From Octopus vulgaris (Eukaryota): a stretch of 64,000 nucleotides of DNA. The position numbers and the translations under genes were made by a program. The stretch's first letter is position 1, and each line of letters opens with the position of its first letter. This document shows positions 39,916-52,922 of the stretch, piece by piece. The DNA lies in the NCBI GenBank assembly GCA_951406725.2, contig OX597830.1, positions 54,932,001 through 54,996,000 of the forward strand, written 5' to 3'. The notes beneath the pieces are model-generated. The model saw only the letters and a program-made list of their open reading frames with translations. It was not told the DNA's origin and did no database searches.

Positions 39916-40060
39916 AGGTGGCAAGCTGGCAAAAGCATTAGCACACCAGGCGAAATGTTTAGCAGTATTTCGTCTGACGTCATGTTCTTAGTTCAAATTC
40001 CATCAAGGTTGACTTTGCCTTTCATCCTTTCAGGTCGATAAATTTAGTACCAGTTATGTA
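39916..40060 (+). mobile_element. SINE family A, 3'-truncated
   Basis: Family motifs. Confidence 0.8.
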
Positions 40061-40219
40061 CTTTATATGTGCCAGCTGTCTGAACAGCATGGCAGAAGAA
40101 ATAGGATAAAAAGATTACAAAAATAGCGATTCTCACTTTGAAACTGACAATTTTGAAAATCTTTTCAGATTACAGAATGCCCCACTCTCTCATGTATCAA
40201 TGCTTAAAATTTCAGCACA

Positions 40220-40550
40220 GTCGGATGAACAATACTCGAAACGATGCCCCACCTGCCATATTTGCTGGACATTGCTCCATCTGATTATCATTTATTCCAC
40301 AGTCTCCAAAATCATTTGCACAGAAAAAATATGAACTCTGTAGATGGGGTTAGAACAGTACTGGAGGAGTATTTTTCATCACGGACAAGTGAATTTTGGA
40401 AAAAGGGCTTTGCAAGTCTACTGGACAGATGTAAAAGCATTGTAGAAAATGAAAGAGAGTATATTTTAAAAAAAGAACTTTGTTTATCTTAATTTTGAAA
40501 AATAAAAGAAGTATAAAAAAAAAACCTACATTATTTATGGGATGACCCAA
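40220..40550 (+). mobile_element. Mariner 3' fragment
   Basis: PHLPYLLDIAPSDYHLFHSLQNHL; 3' TIR cattatttatgggatgacccaa followed by TA. Confidence 0.85.
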
Positions 40551-40573
40551 TATTTGTTATTGTTAACGACAAC

Positions 40574-40649
<76 letters not shown>

Positions 40650-42257
40650 TTGATGATGACGATGAAGATGATAATCATGATGATGATCATGATGATCATG
40701 ATGATGATCATGATAATCATGATGATGATTATGATGATGATGGTGATGGTGGTGGTGATGGCGGTGGTCAACTATCCCTTTCATCCCTCTCAGGTTGATA
40801 ATATAGCATTCTTGTCAAATAGGAGGATCAATAGTATCAGCTGAGCCCTTTACCTAAAGATTACTGGCCTTGTGTCCAGGTCAGAAACCCCATAAAATAC
40901 AGATCAGGGAGCTAGCAGAATCATTGGAGAAAATGCTCTGCAGTATTTGTTCCAGCTCTTTACATTCTGAATTCAAATCCTACCAAAGTCGACTTTGCTG
41001 TTCAGCCTTCTGATGTTGATGAAATAAAGTACCATAAAGTACAAGTAAGGACTGAGGTCAATAGTATTGGCAATGCCTCTTCTTTGAAACTATTGACCTT
41101 ATGTCTGAATCAGAAACTCTTATTGTTGTTGCTGAACATTTTAAAGATAGTTAATGTGTTATATCAGTGAGATTTGGCTGCTCTTTCTAGCAGATTCAAG
41201 AATCGCATCATGGTTTGCTCTCGTTGGCTCACGGTCAGTTTTAGTCTGGCAGAAAAGGTAACACATGATATTCTTTACATGACCTACATGTTAAATAAGC
41301 CGTCACTGAAATGGCTATCGTATTTCTGGTATGATGTTAATGGGAAAAAAACAAACAAAAAACAAAAACAAAAACAAAAAAATAATAAACAAACCAAAAC
41401 CATTTTTACTGCTATTTATTGATTAACTGTCATATGAAGAAATACCAAACTTATTTCTAGTGCCACCTGTCGGTGGTTGGACATTTGTGCATGATTACTT
41501 TTGACATGGAAACATTGGTGCTTTGGACAAACAACAGCCTTGGTCATAGTCTCCCTTCTATTATAATTCCATTCGTGTCTTGGGTATTTCATCATTATCT
41601 TCATCTGTACATACATCTGTCTTTTGTTTCGTTTTTGGGTTGTGGTGGTGGTGGTTGTGGTGGTGGTCGTTGTCGTTGTCGTCGTTGAACTGTTTCTGTC
41701 TGTCCCAGCATTTATGTCTTGCCATCCAGACTTCTTTGCCCCACTCTCAGCCAACCCCTCCATGCCCATCACCTGTCTCTTTGCCAATGCAGTTTCCTCT
41801 CTTGTGCATCGCTTCAGACTCTTTTCACACCTAGTTTTTTTTCCTTTCTTTCTCTTGGCTTATCTGTGTTCCATCATTCGTGTACATGGACATCACATGT
41901 CCAGTGGTGTGTGTCATCATTACCATTGTACAGGTCATCATTACTGTCATCATTATTGTCAGCCGCAGCATCAGCAGCATCACCATCATTGTCACTGTCA
42001 TAGCTGCCATTGTTGTCACTGCCATCATCGCTGTCATCATATTCATCATATTCATCATCATCAGCAGCAGCATTGTCAGCAGCATTAGTATCACCATCAT
42101 TGTTATTGTCATAGTTGCCTTTGTTGTCACTGCCATCATCATCATCATCATGGTCATTACCCTCGTCGTCGTCATCATCGTCATCATCATCGTCGTCATC
42201 ATCCTCATCATCATATATATATATAATCAAAATAAGAAACAAGGATAGCCAGAGGTA

Positions 42258-42346
42258 ATGCAGTACGATCGTTTCATGTGACTCCATTTAATTGAACAAT
42301 GCAATCATTACATCAATTTAAAATGTAGAGCAATCTTCAGATGCAC
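42258..42346 (-). ncRNA. Type-I hammerhead motif with long stem II
   Basis: gtgcat CTGAAGA [58-nt imperfect hairpin] GAA acgatcgt A ctgcat. Confidence 0.6.
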
Positions 42347-42516
42347 AAAAACATAGACTTTAATTAAATTTGAAGGACACATTAATATGATTTTATCCAA
42401 AATCTCCAAGAGGATAAGGGGATAGACAAAGAACATGTTTTACCAACAACATCACAGTTGTAACTGAAATTTTTTTCAAAAAAGACACATACACACACAC
42501 ACATACACACACACAT

Positions 42517-42547
<31 letters not shown>

Positions 42548-42557
42548 CACACACATA

Positions 42558-42944
42558 GTGGAGGCGCAATGGCCCAGTGGTTAGGACAGCGGACTCGCGG
42601 TCGTAGGATCGCGGTTTCGATTCCCAGACCGGGCGTTGTGAGTGTTTATTGAGCGAAAACACCTAAAAGCTCCATGAGGCTCCGGCAGGGGGTGGTGGTG
42701 ATCCCTGCTGTACTCTTTCGCCACAACTTTCTCTCGCTCTTTCTTCCTGTTTCTGTTGTACCTGTATTTCAAAGGGTCAGCCTTGTCACTCTCTGTGTCA
42801 TGCTGAATATCCCCGAGAACTATAAGGGTACACGTGTCTGTGGAGTGCTCAGCCACTTACACGTTAATTTCACAAGCAGGCTGTTCCGTTGGTCGGATTA
42901 ACTGGAACCCTCATCGTCGTAACCAACGGAGTGCTTCCATTTCC
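42558..42944 (+). mobile_element. SINE family D (tRNA-derived head) with tail type 1, full length
   Basis: A-box tggcccagtgg, B-box-like ggtttcgattcc; matches 60247-60610; flanked by atacacacacata repeats. Confidence 0.9.
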
Positions 42945-42984
42945 ATACACACACATATATATATATGTATACATATGTATGTAT

Positions 42985-43925
42985 GTTCTCTTTGACTTTT
43001 TAGAATAAATTTTGACCAGCCACCAACCTGGTAACAAGTTTGTGAAGGAAAGTGTCTTGTTTTAAACATCATCCTTTAAATCTTAAAGTCTTGCAGGTTT
43101 TTATAGTCACAGATATCACATTTATTTATAGCATATGAATTAAAGATTTACATTCTCTCTCCAATATCCAAGTTCAATAATCCTTTGCCCTAAGTGAGCT
43201 GGTATGCATCCTGTTTCTCCAATAATAATGGGTATGAAACTGAAAGTGTATCATGGGTACTGCATTTGCAAGCTCCTTATCAATGGCCTATAGATGTCCT
43301 CTTTCTCTTGTTTTCTTTCTAACCACATTCATGTCCAGAGGGAAGCTGATTTTCACAACAGAACTTATGTTTTCTTTGTGGTCCCACACAAAGATAGCTG
43401 GCCAGTTGTGTTTTAACCTGGTGGTCATTTTAATTTTTAAGTTTCACCAACATTCTTTTGACCCATCAGTCTAAATATGGTCTGTGGAGGCACATGGCCT
43501 GGTGGTTAAAGCAGCGGACTTGCAGTCGAGGGATCGTGGGTTCGAATCTCAGACCGGGCAATGTGTGTGTTTATGAGCGAAAGCACCTAAGCTCCACGCG
43601 GCTCCCGCAGAAGGTAATGGCAAACTTCTGCAGACTCTTTCATCACAACTTTCTCTCACTCTTTCCTCCTGCATCTTGCAGCTCACCTGTGACGGACCGG
43701 CGTCCCGTCCAGGTGGGGAAGCTATATGCCAAGAAACCGGGAAACCGGCCCTTATGAGCCAGGCATGGCTCGAGAAGGAACAAACAACAAATATGGTCTA
43801 CTTCATTTGTAAGTATTTTCCTTTTTTGTGCTCCTGTTTCAGACCATTTTGGCCACTACATTATGCCACATGGGAAGATGATATCTGGAAGGTATTCTCT
43901 CGCAGTTGGCATTAATGTAGTTGAT
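42985..43925 (-). mobile_element. RLE-type non-LTR retrotransposon 3' fragment in (ACAT)n, split by a SINE
   Basis: C..YHLPMWHNVVAK; NLKIKMTTRLKHNWPAIFVWD..ISFPLDMNV; FIPIIIGETG; 3' end shared with 63370-63600. Confidence 0.75.
43484..43788 (+). mobile_element. SINE family D head with tail type 2, 11-bp TSD
   Basis: tggcctggtggttaa..ggttcgaatc; TSD aaatatggtct at 43473-43483 and 43789-43799. Confidence 0.9.
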
Positions 43926-45184
43926 GTCTGTATGCATGTATGAATGTGTTTGTGTATATATAGGTGTGTATGTATACATGTATGTGCATTGATCTATGTT
44001 TATGTATGCATATTTATGTGTGCATGTATTTATATATGTATGTATGTGTGCATGCATGTATGTGTACATGCATGTATGTATGTGTGTGTGTTTGCATGCA
44101 TACATGGATGTATGCACATTTCACCATAGTATAAACACTGTTCTACTGTTCTGCTCGCTATAATCATAATCTTCGACACAGCTTACTATTCAATGTTATA
44201 TTTACTGCGATGATTCATGATTGCTCTAATCTTTAATCGTTATTCATCAACAACAACAACAACAACAGCAACAACAGTACTGGCTTGTTTTAATTCATTT
44301 TTATAGTTTTATCTAACCTAGAAAATTAGATTGAAATTCTGGTACACTCTTATCATGGCTTCATCATCATCACCATCATTGTCATCATCATCGTTGTCAT
44401 CATCGTCATCATCATCATCGTCATCATCACTGTCATTGTCAACATCATCATCATCATCCATATTATCATTATCATCATTGTTGTTGGCATCATCATCATC
44501 ATCATCATCAGTGTCATCATTGTCATTATCATAATTGTCAATGTCACCTTTGGCAGTGGCACTGGTGGTGGAAACAGTAATGTCATCATCATCATCAACA
44601 TTGTTGTTATCATTGTCATCAGCATCATCATCATCAGCATCACTAAAAATAGGAGTCATCACCACCATCACCTCTACCACCAAATGACTATCCCCACTAC
44701 CAGCAGCAGTACCCCCATCATTTTCATCTTCGTCAACACCATCACCACTACCACCACCATCACCACTTCCACCACCATCATCATCGTTGCCTCTTCATCA
44801 TCATTATTATCATTACAATCATCATAATTTTTCACATCATAAAGAAATTAATGACTCAGAAATACAAAATCACCACATTCTTCCTTCTGCAGCAACATTT
44901 CATATATGAGTCCTGATGCTGCGAGATCTAACCCCACTGGTGCCTCCTCTAAAATTGGTGCCTTTCAGTATCAGTTCTTGAAATTTCTCACCCATACCAG
45001 TATCCCTCCTTCCTACTTCTGCATCACATGATCATAGTATTGCAGCAGCCAATCCCTTACCTTCCAGAACATGTCAATTGAAGCAATCTTTAATATCTGG
45101 TCTTTTCTCTCAGTCTTCTACTTCTTTCAGCCACTGGACAGTGGCCATTCATCATCATCATCATTATCATCAACATCATCATCA

Positions 45185-45405
45185 TCGTTTAACGTCCGTT
45201 TTCCATGCTAGCATGGGTTTGACAGTTCGACCAGGGTCTGGGAAGCCAGGAGGCTGTGCCAGGCCCAGTCTGATCTGGCAGTGTTTCTACAGCTGGATGC
45301 CCTTCCTAATGCCAACCACTCCGTGAGTGTAGTGGGTGCTTTTTACGTGCCACCGGCACAGGTGCCAGGCGAGGCTGGCAACGGCCACAATCGGATGGTG
45401 CTTTT
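45185..45405 (-). mobile_element. Family C retroposon
   Basis: Family motifs with (CAT)n on + strand. Confidence 0.85.
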
Positions 45406-45406
45406 T

Positions 45407-45651
45407 GCCTTCATGAGTCATATACCGACTCACAAGGGCCAATTTCCTAGTTTTCCTGGTGTATATATTCCCCACCTGGATGGGATGCCAGTCCCTCACA
45501 GGATTACTCATTTTTGCCAGCTGAGTGGACTGGAGTAATGTGAAATGAAGTGTTTTGCTCAAGAACACAATGTGTCAACCGGTCCAGGAATCAAAACCAC
45601 AATCTTACAGTCATGAGCCCAATACCCTAATCACTAAGTTACACACTTCCA
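45407..45651 (-). mobile_element. SINE family F head with tail type 2
   Basis: Head like 49446; tail cctgtgagggactggcatcccatccaggtgggg like 43687-43720. Confidence 0.75.
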
Positions 45652-45843
45652 CTGCCATGCTGGGGCACCACTTTGAAGGATTTAGTCAAACAAATTGACT
45701 CCAATACTTGTCTTTTCCTAAGTCTGGTATGTTTTCTATATGTCACTTTTACCAAACAGCTGAGTTATAGGAATGTAAACAAACCAACTCTAGTTATCAG
45801 GTGATGGTGGTGGTGGTGTGGTGGTGGGGGTTTAAACATGAAG

Positions 45844-45883
<40 letters not shown>

Positions 45884-46182
45884 TTTCACACATAAATAGT
45901 ACTAAATTGTGTCAATTATAATCTTGAAGGCCAAATTTATAATGCAGGTTCAATCCACACTGGGAAAAACAAAATCAGACTTAGAACTTTCACACATGTC
46001 ATAACTCAACTTTCTTTCAGGTTAAAACGATTGACACCTCTCATTCGCAACAAAGCTGTTATATTCCATGCAATATGTACAAGTCAAAAAAGAAAAAAAA
46101 AGAAATAACTACAATGGAAACAAATACAAAAAAAAAACACAAAAAGAAAAACATGTATGCAATGCCTCATTTCTTTATGCTG

Positions 46183-46222
<40 letters not shown>

Positions 46223-46317
46223 ATGAGCCTGGTGCAGCCATCTGGTTCACCAGCCCTCAGTCAAAATTGTCCAACCCATGATAGCATGTAAAGTGGACGA
46301 TGATGATGATGATATAT

Positions 46318-46361
<44 letters not shown>

Positions 46362-46954
46362 ATGCATACACACTCATATATGCATAAATATCTATACATA
46401 CACACACATACACAAACACATGCACATATAGATATATATGTTGTCACTGTGTGTGTTTATATATGCAGTCATCATGTGTATGTGTGCAGTGTGTGTAATA
46501 TATTTGTATAACAGTCATGCTATTAGCAGAACACGCTACATCATTAAACCATAACCTGCACCACCACCACTACCACCACCACTCTGCTGATGTTGTCACA
46601 CTAAATTCCATCTATTTTGGCAAATTCTCGCCATACCAGCCTCTCCCAGTACATACTAACAATGCCTGCCCGTAAACCAAACACTCGGCTTACAAATCTG
46701 TTTACCTCCTTAACGTTGTTCTCTTCAATTGTCTCCCCTTGCTGTCTTCTCCATTAACTTCCTGTCTAACCTAGAAAGAAAAACCAGAAAAGGCTTCATT
46801 TACTCTAATTGTTTTGCTTTTCTTTTTATTTATTTATTTTATATTTTTTTATTTGTTAGTTTGGTTAATTCTTATCTTTTCTAACCTTTATCTTACTGTA
46901 AACAACTCAACATCCACCACATCACCAACTTCTCAATTCCTCCCCCACTTCCCC

Positions 46955-47031
<77 letters not shown>

Positions 47032-47335
47032 GACTGTTTGCATATGTATACCTGTCTATCTCTGTCTATTTAAAATAAAACTGTAAATGCATAAACATTT
47101 ATTCATACATTTTTGTATGTGTGAGTGCATATGTATATAATGTGGCACAGAAGACTGACACTTGAACATATGCAAAGCAGAAAAAAAAACACACAAAGGA
47201 TGTGGATATGCTCACCCCACATCAGTTATCAACCTAAGATCATCACAATTTTGACACGTTATTAATAATATATGCATGCATACAAATACATATACATACA
47301 CACATACATGCATGCATATATATGAATTTATGTAT

Positions 47336-47911
47336 ATATAAAAAATTTTTTTCATAATGAGATAAAAAAACCCAAGGCTGAGTAGGTTTTAGAACATTTA
47401 TAAACAGAAGGTCTCACAGCTGTTTCTAGGATGTTTATTATATCCCTTCATCGGAGCTGGTGTGAGAAGATGGTTAAGCTATAGTTAATTTGAATACGAT
47501 ATGAAATAGAGAGGAATGAAAATAGATGTGAGATATGCAGGGATATTGTATTTAAATAATACCCTTGATTCAATAACACTGTGTATAAGCTCTATACTTG
47601 GGATGATCAATTTTATATACTATTGGATTTTACTCATAAGGTATAGGAATCTTATGTGTATACCATTCTGCCTAAATAATGGATCTACAAATACAATATC
47701 CCTGCATATATCACATCTGCTTTCATTCCTCCACCTCACTCTTTATTTTATATCTTATCTAAATTAACTATTGCTTAACAACCCTCTCACACTGTCTCTG
47801 ATGAAGGGATATAATAAATATCCCAGAAACAGCTGTAAGACCTATTTATAAATGTTCTAAAATCTACACAGCCTTGGTTTTTTATCACATTACAAAAACA
47901 TTTTTTATATA
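47336..47911. mobile_element. Inverted-repeat element (arms 47336-47553 and 47689-47911), Penelope pseudo-LTR-like
   Basis: ~220-bp arms are imperfect reverse complements, each with a hammerhead motif. Confidence 0.75.
47794..47841 (+). ncRNA. Minimal type-I hammerhead ribozyme, intact core
   Basis: gtct CTGATGA a gggatat-aataa-atatccc a GAA acagctgt A agac; predicted cleavage after 47837. Confidence 0.8.
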
Positions 47912-48069
47912 CACACGCTGATATATGACCTAAGTTGGACCCCTTATTCGCATAATCACTGAATCTGGAACTTAACTATGGTCTATCCATAGCACTTATT
48001 CAGCATTACCTGACACCTTTGGGTCTCATTGACACCATTACCTCTCATAATCTCTATGTATGTATATGC

Positions 48070-48105
<36 letters not shown>

Positions 48106-48544
48106 GTATATCAGAGGCAGCTCCAGGTCATCAGTATCACTCGGGCTCATCACAGATTTTGCATAAGACACATGTATAAAAGAAGGTAAGAGACGTAATG
48201 CACACCACAGACTTACATATGCACCGATAATTTAACAGTAAGCAAGTTTGCTGCTTCTAATGAAAGAATGTCTTGCATTTTACCACAATATTTCTAGCCC
48301 AAAATGGTTTATTTTTTATATCTAGCTCTATGTCTTTCTCCATTTCTATGTTAAGGTTAAGGCAACCATACAAAATGCAACTGATCTTTACACATGTATG
48401 CACAGAATAACAGCAATCAAATGATGAAAGCAGAGTGCACATCAAACTTCAGTGTAATTAAGAGAATCTATTTTGATGTGCTCTTAGTACATACTCCTCC
48501 AGTCATCCATCACATACATAGCTTACATTCTCTGTTAGTTTGGC

Positions 48545-49250
48545 TGTGATTCCACAATAACTCTTGTGTATCCATAGCTTACAAATAGATACAACATATA
48601 GAGTTTGTACCCACTTCTATTTTACATATTGTGCATTGCCATTTCCCTGAAGAGACCAAAGTTTTGTCATCTTTCCTACTTACTGAATTCTGAATCTTTG
48701 TTAAGTTTATCTGAAGACCTTTTGCATTTAGATTTAGCTTCCATGCCTGGAATTTCCTCTCAGTTCTTCTAGAGTCAGCTGTGAAAACTAGATCATCATC
48801 AGCCAATCCTAAACTACACTGTGATGGCCTGTAGAAGTATGATGAATAGGAGAAGACTGAGGACTGAACCTTGGTGGACTCCTATTCTCATGCTGAATTC
48901 ATCACTGAAATCATTGCTGACTCCATTTATTTACTGAACATTTCTACATAGCTTGTATAAGCCTCACAAGCCATTAGTTTGCATCTAGTTTCCTTGGTGA
49001 CCATCATATTACTGCACACTGCACCCTGTCAAATGCTTTCCCTAAGCCAACAACCACTTGGAATAATGGTCTGCTCTTAATTAAGTACTGCTACAGTTAC
49101 CTCACTAGAAAGATGACATCTGTGGTACTGAAACCAAACTGCATTTCGTCTAGATTTACTCTGTCGTGGATCAATTGTACTAAAACTCTCTCAAATACCT
49201 TCATAACTTCATCCAATAGTCTGATCCCACAATAATTCCCTCACTCTAAG
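48545..49250 (-). mobile_element. Decayed RTE-like RT fragment with Cys-rich motif
   Basis: GIRLLDEVMKVFERVL..MQFGF..KAFDRV..GVHQGSVLS..ADD..GKWQCTICK..NSICC. Confidence 0.8.
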
Positions 49251-49445
49251 ACAGAGACTGGCTTCCAGCACTAAACAACAACACAAAAACAAGATAAAGG
49301 GATTTAAGCAGTATTTCTTTAATTATACTGCATAAATTTTTCTTTGGGGTATTCAAAAACTTTTTTATATCTGTATGTAAATAAATAAAGAAATTACACT
49401 TCTATGACTTTTGACTACTTTTGTTATCATTACTTACATTATTAG

Positions 49446-49690
49446 TGAAGCCACGTAGCTTAGAGGTTAAGGTATTCGGCTCATGATTGCAAGGTTGTGA
49501 GTTCAATTCTTGGCAATGCATAGTCTCCTTGAACAAAATACTTTATTTTCACGTTGCTCCACTCCACTCAACTGGCAAAAATGAGAAGTACCTGTATTTC
49601 AAAAGGCCACCCTTGTGACACTGTGTGTCAAACTGAATCTCCCAAATAACTACCTAAAAGGTACACATGTCTGTGGAGTACTCAGCCAAC
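49446..49690 (+). mobile_element. SINE family F head with tail type 1
   Basis: Tail gtacctgtatttcaaa..gtctgtggagtactcagcca matches 42758-42855. Confidence 0.75.
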
Positions 49691-49905
49691 ACTAATCTCC
49701 ATTCTCTCCCTCTCGCCATTCTCTCTTTCTGTTTCTGTGTGTGTGTGTGTGTCTCTCTCTCTTTTTCTCTGTTACTCTCTCTCTCTCTCTCTCTCTGTCA
49801 TATGCGCACACACACATACACTCTCTTTCAACATCTCTTTCTTTCCACTTCTGTCTCTCCACCTCTCAGTTTCTTTCGTTCTCTTTCTTATACATAAATA
49901 TACAT

Positions 49906-50026
49906 ACGGGTTCAGTCCCACTGCATGGCATCTTGGGCAAGTGTCTTCTGCTATAGCCCCGGGCCGACCAATGCCCTGTGAGCGGATTTGGTAGACAGAA
50001 ACTGAAAGAAGCCTGTCGTATATATG

Positions 50027-50061
<35 letters not shown>

Positions 50062-50280
50062 GTGTTTGTGTGTCTGTGTTTGTCCCCCTAGCATTGCTTG
50101 ACAACCGATGCTGGTGTGTTTACGTCCCCGTCACTTAGCGGTTTGGCAAAAGAGACCGATAGAATAAGTACTGGGCTTACAAAGAATAAGTCCCGGGGTC
50201 GAGTTGCTCGACTAAAGGTGGTGCTCCAGCATGGCCGCAGTCAAATGACTGAAACAAGTAAAAGAGTAAAGAGTAAAAAG
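49906..50280 (+). mobile_element. SINE family B, young, slightly 5'-truncated
   Basis: Family motifs, CpG-rich. Confidence 0.9.
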
Positions 50281-50443
50281 TATGTACAAATTCTTTCTCT
50301 CCCATACACACAGACATATAAACACCAATCTCTCTCAATCTCGCTCAATCTCTCTCTTTTTCTATCTATCTCTATCTATCTCTCTCTCTATCGCTTTTTG
50401 TCATTCTCAACCTCTGTCTCTCTTTCTCTCTCTCATGCATGCG

Positions 50444-50933
50444 CACATATATGCCACATATATGCCACATATATGCCACATATATGCCACATATATGCCA
50501 CATATATGTCACATATATGTCACATATATGCCACATATATGTCACATATATGTCACATATATGTCACATATATGCCACATATATGCCACATATATGCCAC
50601 ATATATGCCACATATATGTCACATATATGCCACATATATGCCACATATATGCCACATAAATGCCACATATATGCCACATATATGCCACATATATGCCACA
50701 TATATGCCACATATATGCCACATATATGCCACATATATGTCACATATATGCCACATATATGTCACATATATGTCACATATATGTCACATATATGCCACAT
50801 ATATGCCACATATATGCCACATATATGCCACATATATGTCACATATATGCCACATATATGCCACATATATGCCACATATATGCCACATATATGCCACATA
50901 TATGCCACATATATGCCACATAAATGCCACATA
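50444..50933. repeat. 11-bp tandem array (G(C/T)CACATATAT), about 44 units
   Basis: Direct reading. Confidence 0.95.
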
Positions 50934-52724
50934 AACCTTCGTTATATTATTCTTTCTCTTTCTGTCTCTTCCCATCTATTTTCCTTCTTTCCTCTCTCCC
51001 TTTGTATTTCTCTCTCTCTCTCTCTCTCTATTTCTTTCTTTATATATATATATATATCTTTCTCTCTCTCTCTGTCTTCTTCCTTGTCTTTCATTCTATC
51101 TCTCTCTGTCTATCCATTTTTCTCTCTCCCTCTCTTCCTCTCCCTCTCTTCCTCTCCCTCTCTATTGCATCTAACATGTTTTCCTTCACTCTTTCTTTCT
51201 ATCCCTCCCTCCTTCTCCCTCCCTCCCTCTCTCTCCCTCATTCCATCTCTCTCCCCTCCCGTCCTCTATTTTTCTCTCTTCTTGAACGACTACAGTTTTC
51301 ACTCTCAAATATCTAATTACATTGAGGGACAGTGATGGTGATTGTGGTGGGGAAGGTGATGGTCATGATGATGAAGATGATGTTGGTGGTGGTGGTGGTG
51401 GTGGTGGGTAGAGGTGATGATACCTCTGCTATAAATCAATTCTAAGTTTGCTTCTCCATTGCATAACCAAAAGAGATCATGTATATTGTCTCTCTCTCTC
51501 TCTCCCCCCCCCGTCATACACACACATTCATATACATACACATACCCATTTATACACACATATATACATACGCATATGCATCTATAACATACTCACATGT
51601 TTATGCATACATCCATACATACACACACACAAGCACACGCACACACATACACACTCAACATACATACATACACTTACGTACACATACATATGCTCATGCA
51701 CACGTATACACACTCATACACACACTCATACACACACTCATAACAAGGACGGTGAACGATGACAACAACAACAACAACAACTAACATAGCAAATAGTTTT
51801 ATTTCATTGTTGATTGTATTTTATTACGTTTAGGTCTTTGCATGAGCTCTAATCCACCGCCGCCGCCACCACCAGCACCACCACCACCATCACCACCACC
51901 ATACCACCACAACAATCACCACCACCACCACCACCATCACCAACACCAACACCACCACCACCACCACTGTCATTGCCATTGCTACTGTCACTACTACCAT
52001 AACCCCAAGATAGCAATGACCAAAATGACAAACAATGATGGTCACCACTGCCATCATCATCACTACAATGACCACCATCATTACCATCACCACCACCACC
52101 ACTATCAAGAACTCAACATCGATTATCACTACCGCCTACACCAATACCACTACTAAGAACACTACTACTAATGCTGCAACAATGCCAGTTACCATCGCCA
52201 CCATCATCACCACCATCACAACTACAACCACCATCTCCACCCCCACCCCCGTATCTTCGTTTCAAATTTTTGCTGTTGTTGTTCTTTTGCTGTCTCTTCT
52301 ACCCAATCCCTCCTCCCAACACCACCACCACGACCTCTATTCTTAAGTTATTCTGTTTTTCTTCATGTTTTTGCATGTTTTTCTGCTGTTATTTACATTT
52401 GTAATTTTTATTTTGCTGTCTGTCCACCCCCATCTCCCCACCTGCTACCTTTCTTCTCCATTGCCTCCTTGCTGTTGTTGTTGTTGTTGTTGTTGATGTA
52501 TATGGGGGGCTATTAGTTTGTTTATTTTTAATTTGTACCTATTTCACTTGTATGGTACATAGGTGCACTGGGCTGGGGTTATGTAACAAGTCATATGCAG
52601 AGCAATTGAAACGCTGGGTTTCTCCAAAAGAAAACAAAGCAAATGGACACACGTCTTAGAAATCCAACCAACTGATGATGCAGTTGGCTATGTGGTAAGT
52701 AGCTCGCTTCCTAACCACATGGTT

Positions 52725-52922
52725 CTTGTGGGCAGTAAAGAAATAAGAAACTGGTATTTCATCTTTCTTTATGTTCCGAGTTCAAATTCTGCTGAGGTCA
52801 ATTCTGTCTTTCATCCTTTTGAGGTCGATAAATTAAGTACCAGTTGAATACTGGGGTTGATCTAATCGACTGGCCCCCTCTCCCCAAAATTTTGGGCCTT
52901 CTGCCTAGAGTAGAAAGGAATA
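52725..52922 (+). mobile_element. SINE family A fragments after a B-type head
   Basis: Family motifs. Confidence 0.65.

Noticed and set aside
42560-42630. Possible tRNA gene (also 43486 and 60247)
   Set aside because: No acceptor stem closure; continues into a SINE body
48110-48160. Minus-strand GTGATGA..CTGA C/D-box snoRNA-like motifs
   Set aside because: Only about 45 nt, with no terminal stem or recognisable guide
50098-51335. 278- and 298-aa repeat ORFs (MPHICHIYATY)n
   Set aside because: Product of the 11-bp tandem array joined to SINE and CT-rich sequence
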